A DNA stretch of 64,000 nucleotides from Paecilomyces variotii (taxonomy: Eukaryota): NCBI GenBank assembly GCA_004022145.1, contig RCNU01000014.1; one strand, written 5' to 3'. Every line of letters begins with the position of its first letter. Position 1 is the stretch's first letter. Position numbers and translations under genes: made by a program. Shown here piece by piece: positions 47,944 through 64,000 of this stretch. The notes beneath the pieces were generated by a model, which was given only the letters and a program-made list of their open reading frames with translations, was not told the origin of the DNA and did not search any database.

Positions 47944-50900
47944 CGTTTGATGCTGCTTGCATCGGCATCATGATGTCTCAAAGTGAGGCAGACACGTGAG
48001 TCAACAGGCCGGAGCCTGCCGATCGAGCTCATTGTTACTGCTGGAATCGGATACCAAGAAAAATACCTAGGTAGTCTATTCTAGTTATTCTGATCAGCTG
48101 ACTCATAGGGTGATTGGCGGGACAGATTGCCTGTGGCATTTTTTTTTTTTTTTTTCTGCACGCGAACAACAGGGATCATGGAAAGGTCCAACGGCTTCTT
48201 CCGTGCCTCATCCGACCTCGAGCCGATCTCCCGAGTCTATATGCCGACTATGAGCCGCGCATACCAGTACTTACTCTAGATACTCTAAAAAAAATTCAAT
48301 AACGACAAATACGAGCTAAACGCGACCTGCAATTCTGCTGACTATGGTAGACGACTAACTATTCCGAGGAGATATCACACAAGAGTAAAGAAATAAAATA
48401 CGAGTTTTTCGGGCCGTGCCCCCCCCCCGGGGTTTCGGACGGGACACACACTGCACAGACAGTATGGTATATGCTATGTACTATTATTATTATTATCATT
48501 GACGGGGTGGAATTCCTGGAGATACCGCGCCATATCGGCCCCAGGTCCGCTTGGTTGGGTTTGTTGCGATAATACCGCTCCCATCCATGGGTCGGGAGGA
48601 TCTGACCCCAATGAAAAGTCAACAATAATGCCATCCCTCTACTGTCTGCGCATGGGGACAGCTTCGATGTTAGTACGTACGGAGTAGTCTGAGGCTCATT
48701 CGACAGGGAATCAATGTGCGTAGTTGAGTCTCCTAACTAGTAGTATCTAGCCTTGTCGGTCGCAGCGGCCCAACACGCCAAAAACTGATGTGAGATTGGA
48801 TCAGATACTTTACTACTCCTCGTCGAAAACTCTACTCCGTTTAATTCTGAATTTTGTCAAGATTCAAGACAAACCCCCCCATGTCTCAGTCAGTAGTCGG
48901 CGACCATACCGTCCATCTCACATTCACCCGCGCATCATTTTGATCACCAGTCTAGACGCTATGATTGTTGCGCAGTGCAAGACTTCGATCGCGCTATTGT
49001 AAAGATAGTTCACAAAACAGATTCTATTTCGAGAGAAGCGATAACTAGTTAATCTGATCGACCCCAACCCCAACACGGCCCGTCCTCGGGATTCACATAA
49101 GGCTGGGGGTCCAGACTCCCTGACAGATTTCACACCTCGGCCGATCGAGGGGCCCGTGCTAGTCGAGGTTCGCTCGGGCCGGGTCTAGAGCCTTGGGGAT
49201 CGTGGCTAGATCGCTCCGGAGCCCTGGCGATCTGCTGAGAACCGGCAATCGATAACGGGAGTCAGAAATAAAAAAAATAGGACAGGGAGTGGTCTTTTCG
49301 TTTTTTTTTTTCTGACTCTGAGTACGGAGTACATAGCAGCACTGGCCTGGCCCGCAGTATGGGCCACTTTTTGTTGAGCAAAAGAGGAAGAGTCTGGGGT
49401 ATTCGGTCTGGGCTTTGACACCTTTTTGCCTCCCCCATATTTTCACACTTAGTAGTACATAGTACTGTAGTACTACTGAATACAGACCAACTATCTATCT
49501 ATCTACCTACCATAGAATGTTTCTGCCTCGGAGAGTCGGTCAATCTGCTTCAGTCTGCTTCACATGTCTGCCTGTTGACAACAAGCGCTGAACATCATCC
49601 CCAACACTGCTGAATGGTGGGTATAGCTGACGACATAGTCGACTCAACAGCGCGAAGTTCGTCGAGTGAAAATTTTTTTTTCTCTTTCATTCAGCTATGC
49701 TAGTTGACTATCTGAGAGGGATTTCTAGAACAATAGGGGGATGGGATGGGATGGGGCGTAACGTGTCAGCACCTTAATTGGCCGGTCGGGTAGTTTAGGT
49801 ACTTGGCGAGATCGCATTGCAGCTGTCAGATCTACCTTCCTCCTCCACACTCCGTATCACTGTTGGGTCGTGAAAAGAAAATTTTTCTTTTGCTCATGCA
49901 GGGGTCTGCAACGAGGTGTCGAACACCTGTACGAATAGAAACCAATGCATGACCCATGCTTGGGGAACGGGCAGATCGGATAACACCCCAGAGTCCCGAG
50001 TCGGAGAGTCACAGACTGTAGACATAACACAGCCACAGCCACAACCGGACCCGACTGGACGTGCAGGATCCACTTTACCATGATGGTAATTTATCTCTCG
50101 TATTTGGTATGGTCACAACCCGTCGGCGCAGCCGGTAACAGTTGTAACACCCCCGAATAATTCATTCCCAACTCTATTTTATCGCTGATACGTGGCTTGC
50201 ATATCATTCTAACCAGACTAGGAAACGGCATCAAGGGAAAAATTCTTCCATCCGCGATCTTCCATTGTTCTGGAAGGATTCTATTTCCAGTCTTTCCATG
50301 TGCTGTCAGCATACCGCCCACGGAGGAGATAACCAATCACGGCTCAAAGATAAGCGAAACGGACTTCGCTCGGCGGGGGTGTGTGTGTCGATCGAAGTAT
50401 TCTGGAAGGGCCTGCCTTCCGACGGTTTGATGCTGCTGCTGCTGCGCCTTCTATCTACCCCCGGTCGCGACTCTAGACTAGTTAGTAGTCTACGTCGGAC
50501 GACCATCTTCCTGTATCTACCTAAATTCTAGAGTAGGTATTATTGTATTGATTAACTATACTATGCGACAACGCTAATAGAATGGAAGGAAGGGGATGAG
50601 AAAAATTTTTTCACACCACCATTATCCATGCATCATGCACTCTTGTTCGTTATTTCGTGGTCATTAGTTAGTTTTATCATCACCGCTAGTTGATGCATGA
50701 GGGGAGTAGAATTTTCATGAAATATCCTATCCCTGTCGCTACTTAGCTGAAAGACTCGATATATCGGTCAAGCTAACTAACTAACTAGTAGTATGTAATG
50801 TAGTACTATATAGTTACATACAGTACATAACTACCTACCTGGTGTAGTAGTAACTACCTACTGTACATACTACTACGATGTATAGCAACACCAGTAATGA

Positions 50901-53464
50901 ACAACAAAAAAATAAAAAAACCAACTATGAAGAACTTATTCAGAATACCTACCTCATGACATTCTCAAACTCACGCCCCGATCCGCGGAGAATATTATTC
51001 ATTATTAGAGAAATCGAAGAATCGTCTAACTACCCCATAAGTCTTGCCCCGTGACGGAACCTATAGTTTGGTAACTTTGGTTCGGTTACCCCGATCCTCT
51101 TCTCTCCATATGGTAGTATAGCCTACTCCAGATTCCATACCTGTGGAGTCTGGATCGATTAACTTACTCAGACTCTACCCGTCCTGGGGACGCTAGAAGC
51201 AGAATTACTCTGGTCTACGGGATACGGGATATGATCCGATATCATGGATACATACTTTAATCGTGGATACTTTTAATCCATCGGAACGAAAGGTGCATAG
51301 TTAAGTGATTAATTCCAAATTCAAATTCACGAAATTCACCCAAACGAAGAAAAAACGTATATTTCCTCCCTAACGAAATTAAAGGTGTTTGATTTGGTTC
51401 GATCTGGACTTGTCCGTCGTTTCCGTGGACTGTATTCTACCCAGATTGAGTATAGGATAGGATCGGGGATAAACGTCGATATATTCTAGCGATAATCGGA
51501 CTTTGAAATCGGAATCGGAATCGGCTGCAGAAGTAGACGCAGTAAGAATTTAGTTAGGATCTGATCTGGGGGGGGTTTTTTTTTTTTTTTTTTTTAGAGA
51601 ATCGCCTCCGTTTTGATCTACGGTGAAGGGGAAAAAACAGATGGTCCAATAATTGTCTTGCAACGCCTTGCCTCCTCAAAGCGGCCCGTGTGTTCTCTAC
51701 TTTCTCTTCGATCCGGATGCAAGATATAGCTGTGTACTTAGTATAGTGCTATCTGATATGTAAATTTCATCCAGAGCTGAAAGCTGAAAGCTGGAAACTG
51801 TCTCAGCGTAGATTAATCTCAGCCTCTAGGCAGGAATTAGCATTAAGCTCAACCAGCCTAATCTAATCTAAACCGAAGAAAAAAGAAAGCGATCCACTAA
51901 CTATCATACAGTACAAGCTCATCTCGTCACTGCTTTTCAGTCGTTAATAATTACCTTCTATCTGAAAACAAAAAAAAATACTAGACAAAAGGCTCATTCT
52001 TCATTTTAGCCTATTCTTATCTCAAATCACAGCCGCAACCGAATCGTAACCTAAGCTAACTAACTAACTACTAAGGGTTATCAGTTGCGCGATAGGAAGA
52101 CAGAGCAAAAGGTAGGTATGTTATGTGGTTATTGACATCAAGTACTCTTCTTGGCGTTGTCACTTTCCGCTTCTCAACCAATCAGCGTCCGAGGATGGGA
52201 TTGTAGATCCAGCGGAGCGAGCGTCATAGCTTGAAGTTTGAAACGAATGATGAAACCAGCACTGTCTAATAACTTACCAGACTCTACCAGTCGATGCTAG
52301 TAACTTTATCTAGAGAGAGAGAGAGAGAGTCATGAAGCGGAGATTCAAATGGAAAAGAGTGAGACGTAAATCAATTACTACCTAGTAAGTAATTAATTAC
52401 TCGAGGATGTTGAGTTGTGTTGAGAGTTGAAAGATTCAAGTTCGGATCCGTCGACTGACGTATGTTGAGTTCGATGAGCTTGAGTTCACCTAAAGCCAGA
52501 GAAGAACTGGTTCGAAACAGGACTATCTAGTGCGATGGCCCTGTTTTCTCTTTCATGCTGGCTGGATTTGAAAGGTTTTTCCCGCCTTGAACTTCAGAGC
52601 TTTCCCTTGCTGCTGGACCCGGTTTTATTGGCTTGTATAACTAGTAGATCATAATGAGGTTTTGGAAGTTGGGGACGATATGATACTGGATGGATATGAT
52701 ACCATCACGTAGTGTAAGTATCATCATACACTGCGGCACGCTGGAGATGAAACATTACATACTATTAACCTATACTAGCCAGCAGGGATGGAGCTCGAAG
52801 GGTGTGGAATGCGTACGAGTAATGCAATACGAACAGCGCACATCATGGTGATAGCGGATGAGAATCAGCCAAGAATGATCTTTGCTGGACATTGCCAAGG
52901 TGATTACACTATTCGCGACAAACCTAGCAAGTTTCGTTTCGAGATCGTCTGGTGCCATTGGTAGGCGAATAACCCCATCGCCTGGTTCAAGTCGAAGTCT
53001 ATGATAGTTACTGGAGTAGTTAGCTGGCCAGCTGACTACCTAGCTAGTTAGTAGGGATACGACCACTATCTAACTAGATACTGTAGAGCCCCAACAACGA
53101 TCATGCAATGTATCGTAATTAATCGAATCGCATTACTGGACTACTTGGTACTGACTGGTCTCAGATGTATCGAGCCTCACCTTACAACGATACGCACGAG
53201 AAGCTGCGTAGCTGCTAACATTAGTTACTAGGTAGTAGTTCTATAGAAAGCATAGAACATTTGACCAACTCACTAGCCACAATTCACTAAGATGCGTCGG
53301 TATATTGACGGACTGGAGTTTGAACTGAACTTCAGCCTTGAGCGCAAACGCAAGGCTGTCTAGTCTATTCAAACTCTGCACGGCGCATGCAGGTCCCGCC
53401 ACCATGCAAGCTGAAAGACGCCCAGCTTGGACTGTCTCTGTCTCTCAACGTGGACTATCCGATC

Positions 53465-53779
53465 TAGGGGTGGTGAATTTCAGAAATTTACTTTTAATTT
53501 CATGAAACGTTGAATTTCGCCCTTTTTTTCTCTTCCGAAATTCAATACGCACAGACCAAGTAGTAGATTGCGCTATACCTAAAGAGGATAAATAAGCGGT
53601 AGCCTAGATTTGACCAATACATTGTGCTAATTTTGGATGTCTTGAGATATTAAGTGGGTCGGAACTACCGCACTAATTTATTAGCGTATTTCAAAATTTC
53701 AAAAAATCCCTTTTCTTTCATTTCAAGACTTTTAATTTCATGAAATTCATGAAATTTTGAATTTCAAATACCACCCCTA
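53465..53779. mobile_element. ~315-bp non-autonomous TIR element (MITE-like, possibly hAT-derived)
   Basis: Left end TAGGGGTGGT and right end ACCACCCCTA form a perfect 10-bp inverted repeat. Subterminal TTTCATGAAA/AATTTCA repeats lie at both ends, the interior is AT-rich and non-coding, and TCCGATC is present on both flanks (offset on the right). Confidence 0.6.
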
Positions 53780-55486
53780 AGATTCCGATCAGACGGTGTC
53801 CAGCGGCCTCGGCCGATCGCAGCATTGCGCGTCCTAGTCTACTGCAGACTACGATACTAGACCGGGGTAATTATGTATGTATGGATGTATGTACATTGCA
53901 GCTGAAGAACGGGTGGTCCCTGGTCTTAGTCCAGCTTCCTTGTTGTAGTCTAAGAAAAGAAAAGAAAAGCTAGCTAACCAGTCTGATGCATGCGAGTACA
54001 CACATACATAGTTCAGTTTTGCCTTCCATTCGGTGAAGACGGAGTTGAGAGAGATTACGGTACTAAGTACCGACCGGTCGGCAAAACGACCCATTGGCGA
54101 ATCGCGCTGGGTGCTTTTTTGTCGAAAACATACTTACTATTTCTGTCATTATTCCTCTCGATGAAAAAGGATACGAAGAGTGAAGAAAAAACATAGACGG
54201 TGTAATCTATGGAAATATCGGAATCAGTGTAAGACTGTTAACTATCTAGAGTGTTCGAGGAGAGCTCACTAAGTATTCCCTGTCTGCTGCCTAGTTACTG
54301 TATTGGGAGGATGTCTCCTCGTGACTTCAGAGGACAGTAAAGATCACGCCATGACTGAGTTGATGTATCACTTTAGAAAAAAAAAGAAGAAGAGAAAAAA
54401 AAACTTGAAGTTGAATTTGAAGTCAAAGAAGCAACGGGACGAATCCGTCCCGACGTGGGCAGTTCTCGCGCGTTGGGAACTGCCGAGAAATTATTCAGGA
54501 TGAGAACAACCCAACAACATCAGCGATTTCCCTTTATGGATGATCATGGGAGAGGATAGTAAATGGCGATGAGGATGGGAAGTCGTGATCGAATCTTGAT
54601 TTTTGATTTTTGTTTTTTTTTTTTCACACCGGCTTATTTTTGGCTATTTCAGATAGGTTACGTGCGTGCAATGTTATCACGCGACCGTGAGGTGAGACCA
54701 CCTGGGTGGAGTGGTACGAAGGATACAAGATCTATCTATCCAGAGACAATTTTACTTACTTACTTACTTACTATACACATCTGATCCTCTTGGTCCTCGA
54801 GGGTGATTTACAGCGACCAGTTCGAGAGAACGGAGAACAATCACTGTGGCCGAACAGAAAGCCGAATTTCCCGATCCGGAAGATATGCAGCCTCCTTGAG
54901 AGAAAAACTAGTCCACAACTTTTGGTGAAAAGATGCGAAGTTTCTCGTCTATCAGAAAAATACGGCGATTCCCCCAAACTTACAACTCCCGTTTGCATCA
55001 CGCAATTGACTGGAGGTGACCGAAGTAATTTCCCTTCTCCGGTCGGAGTACACGAAATGTATCCGTTACATACGTGGGCATACAGACTCGAGTATTGAAG
55101 CTTGTACCCCATACTTACGGAATACAGAGCCAGACAGAGCCTATGATATCTCCTGAAAACGGATGCATGCAGTGCAAGCTCTGGCTATTCGAGACGAAGG
55201 ATCGCTACGTTCCCAGTTGATTTACCGCTGGTTTTGCTCCGTGGCTGGACGGCGGTTAAGAAAGAGACAGCTTTTATGGTATGAGTTTCAAGAATAATAG
55301 TGTAACTCTGTAACTCTATAAGACGGTGAACTAGGAGATCCGAGAGTAGTATCTGCTTGGTATATACAAAATTCAAATAATGTAGAGATAGTAAAAGCGA
55401 ATCTAACTTTTCTGTCTTTTTCTACCGTTACACGTCGATGTCTAGACTATCCGCTCCGAGTAAATATCCAAGACAAAGAAATGAGA

Positions 55487-60424
<4,938 letters not shown>

Positions 60425-61635
60425 CTAGGACGAGGATATGAGTGCGGGGTTGACAGTCAAAGACAAGTTGTAGCTTTTCGTAAAAAGGGTTGTTCCTGTC
60501 AATTCATCCTGTGACTTTCTGGATATAAAGAAGAACTAGGGCCTAATATCCAGGACCTAGAAAGCTATCCTCGATCACAGGCGCTTCTGTGCGGTCCGGA
60601 AAGAGAATATAGCTAGAAGATGCTCAGCAATGCGCTCAAAAGATGTCAGCAGCGGATATGAAGTCAGGCCAGACTTTCTCAGCTTACCTGGAGGTCGCCG
60701 AAACTTCCAGCTCAGAGTGAGAAGTGCAATTGAGAAAAAGAGCCCCGGGTGAAGGCCTGAATGGTGATGCGCACTCTCGATGACTCGAAATCGCGGGCGA
60801 AATTTCGCCTGGTCCGATCTCGCGACCAAAGTTCCATTTTGCCCTTCCTCACCGCCCCGTGTTCGGCGGGGGAAATGATCTTACTCTCGAGAGAACTCCG
60901 ATTACAAACCGCTTGAAATGAGTTGCTCTACATTCAACGGCTAATCGCCATTCTCTCAATAGCTCGTCTTTAATTTTATATTCGGCTTATATTTGGATTA
61001 CACTATTTCAATTCAACTATGCTCCTCATATGTAAACATGTTCAACATACAGCGAATAAGGGTATTTAGACATTAAGCGTAAAGGAGGATATCCCGCAGG
61101 TACCTAACTACGTCGCACATCCAGTGATTTATTACACCTAAGTGCTTCGTTCAGCTCCATGCTATGGTCATAGACTCCACATCAAAGATCTCAAGCCCTG
61201 ATAGCATGCCACGACCGGATTTCTCCGCACGTAGGTCTTGGTATCCTCGAAAGTTGCGGTCCCTATCAGCCTTGGATTCCTTGGGCGAGTTTAACTCTGG
61301 ATTGTTGACAGTCGCGTCATATATAGGCACTTCTATCCTTTATCTGATAGACGTTGTGAAGCGCTTAAGAGCTGTGCTCCACAGGCACACAGCACATCAA
61401 CGCGGTGTGGCCCGTAGCAGACAATTGCCTATGCTGTGTCTCGTCGAGTGCAGATCACGAGAGCAATTGTCCGCTATGCGTCAATAGTAACATATTGGCA
61501 TGGAGGTCAATATAGATCGCGGAAAGGCTCGAGGAAATGGTGATGGAATGATTAGATGGTTCTGCGGTTAGTTTGCATGTGACCGGATTCAGCACGGTAT
61601 AAGCTCTTCATCGCAGCTGCTAACTATGTATTCTT

Positions 61636-63612
61636 TCAACTAAGACGTGCAGGTGAGGTGTCCAGTTCTGCGACCTGTTTATGAGTGACTGGGATAAGAG
61701 CAAGTTCATGAGCATTCCTCTCCGACGATAACTCGGACAAGCATTGGTTAGAGGCCAATTCTGCCCTCTGGTTTGGGTTGCGAGAAATAGCACTGCATCC
61801 ATTGTCGTCCTTGGGGTCGGTTGTGCCATAGCCGCCTTGCTGGCCGTGGGTTGCTCGTCTACGACGGAGAGCGAGGAACAATGCTAGGCCAGCGATTAAC
61901 GCTGCACCTGCAATAGAGCCCACGACTGCTCCGGCAATGGCACCTCCACTTATGCCACTTTTTCTCTCATCCGAGCCACTACCATCCGTAACACTGGGGC
62001 CTGAGTATTGGAACAGTTTGGCAAGGGCAGATGAGCTGAATCCGCTCGCAGGTGCAGTCACATTCGCGCTACCGTTTCCACTACCGTGGAGAGGAAGTGT
62101 CAGCATCATGCGGTCTCATCAAGAATCGATTGGCCGTTTCTTACCTGCCACCGATTACCTGATAGAGAAGAGAGGGTACTTGATACTTCGGTGCAAAAGC
62201 ATTATAGACGCTGCCCCACGTTAAGGCCGTAAGGTCATATATTGCAACGCCCTTCGTTTCCCAGTCGCAGCCACGTAAAAGGTCGCTATCATTGGCACCA
62301 CCGATGGTGATCATTTGCCTTGCTCCCACCATGTTGCAGGTATGTCCGTAGCGAGGGGAATTCCCTTGGAAGATTTTCGTCCAGGTGAAGGAAGGAAGAG
62401 ACAAGATATAGATTTGATCGAACGTCTGGTCGCCATTCCGCCCACCGTAAAGATAGATATTGTGGCTGGACTTATCTGGAGCTTCCATCGCAACCAAGCA
62501 GAATTCGATTCGTGGATCCGGTATATCCCCTGACGTTTCCTGCGGATACCAGGTACCGTTTTGACGCGTGTCATCGATAGATGCGACATCGATTAGATCG
62601 ACGGTCCCCATCGACAGCTATGCCACAGATATCAGTCAGCCCCTAGTTGATAGTTTACGGCGCGATCAGCACATACGTAGGTCGCTGTAGATGAATTGCT
62701 GCTCTCAGCAACACTCCGCGTCATGCCTCCAATTGCTACTATGATCCCCTTTGGACCAGCGCCAGGTACGTAGGCTAGACCGCCCCCTATTCTTGGAGTG
62801 CGATCGAGAGACGCAGTGGAAACGTTCATGGCCGTCTGCGTGTCTGTGTCGGTGACGATGAAACCATTAAGGTAGCGTTCGAAGCCTGGTCTCAATGCCA
62901 AGTTGTTGTCGCTACCTGTGTCAATTTCACCATCAAGCCAAAAAGCCAAGCCGAGTTCTGGAGCTTCAGCATACGCTCCTGATGCTGGTCTCTCTGGAGC
63001 ATTCAATGTCACATCGTACTGATCCCACGTCTTGGCCACAGTGTCATAGGACCACAGCGAATACTGGTTAGATGTCGGATATTGCCATCCGGGAAAGGTT
63101 GTATTTGCGAAATCGACTGTTCCTCCATATAGATAGATGTTGTTGTCATTGTCACTTCCGCGATACAGCGCAGCATGGCCAACTACCGGTGGAAAAGTAC
63201 CGGTCTGAGGATTCGCCGTTTTGTCGACCTTAACTATCGATATGTTTGACTTCCAGTCCCATGAAGTCGACATATCAATCTCCAGAAGGTAAGTATCTAT
63301 CATTCCTTAAACATTGTCCCGTTGGTCGCTCAAGGCAAAGAGATCACGAACTGTATCCTATTGTCTGGACACCCTCCGGTGCCCCTTGGTCGTTGCTCGC
63401 GACAAAGACCTCTGTTCCACCGTCGATATATATCGTGCCATTTTTTAAAGTCGCTGTCTCCGTTAGCGGATACCAAAATGTTATCAATAAGCAGAACACA
63501 TACATTGGTGGTACAACCGTTTACAAAAGTTTGTAACGGGGTCTATTCCTGGGATATCCTCAGCTGAAGCTGCTGAAATAAAAGCGAGGACTGCTGCTAA
63601 CAGAAACCACAT
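61636..63612 (-). CDS. Single-pass membrane protein with Kelch/beta-propeller ectodomain, multi-exon
   Basis: Signal peptide MWFLLAAVLAFISAASA, IYIDGG/IYLYGG repeats, IYILSLPSFTW, RYGHTC, and TM segment GAIAGAVVGSIAGAALIAGLALFLAL followed by RRRR. Confidence 0.85.
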
Positions 63613-64000
63613 TTCCGCTTCACCCAGGCGACTACGGCCGTAGCAACGGAAAGGGAACAATGACATAAAGTCGAGAGACGTAGAAGATTTGCGACAAGAA
63701 AGTTGATAACAGCTGGGCCTCGACCAGACCAAGATCGATTATTATTATTCTTCCCCACTCCGTTGCTAGCGAAGTCCTGCCCAGCAAGTATCCTCATCTC
63801 GTGTCAGGCCATGATCCAGTTCAGCCATTGGCTCAGGCCTTGAAGTGGTGAGCCCGCCGTATGCCATAGACTGATGGTGCAGAAATCATGGAGGGCGTAA
63901 TTGACCATAAGCACTTGTTGGGTAGCTACTCAAGTGTGCTGTCAACATTTGGAAAGGACCAACTGCTTATTTGCGCCAATCTTCCTGCGTTGGGCAAGAT

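Noticed and set aside
52950..52993. tRNA-like A-box/B-box (TGGTGCCATTGG...GGTTCAAGTC)
   Set aside because: The spacing is about 10 nt too short and there is no acceptor stem or cloverleaf. At best it is a degenerate relic.

Overview
Eukaryotic, intron-containing DNA from a filamentous ascomycete, most likely Eurotiales (Aspergillus/Penicillium-like): short GT-AG introns with CTAAC/CTGAC branch points. The window is mostly housekeeping genes: an LSH/DDM1-type SNF2 helicase (truncated at the left edge), a large hypothetical protein, a STYX-like dual-specificity phosphatase, three small secreted proteins (two are tandem 6-Cys paralogues), a C2H2 transcription factor, RAVE subunit Rav1, Sfi1 (with an apparent homopolymer frameshift), cytoplasmic IleRS (GC-AG intron), Uso1, Rat1/Xrn2, the Rpn4 transcription factor flanked by about 4 kb and 9.5 kb of ORF-poor TpA-rich DNA (the latter containing a MITE-like element), pentafunctional AROM and a Kelch-like membrane protein. 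The most interesting signals are RNA-level features (a long hairpin in rat1 intron 1; a possible in-frame optional intron, a uORF and a bZIP-site cluster at rpn4) and the uncharacterised tandem secreted 6-Cys family. Gene identities come from recognising motifs by eye; no database search or folding was run.
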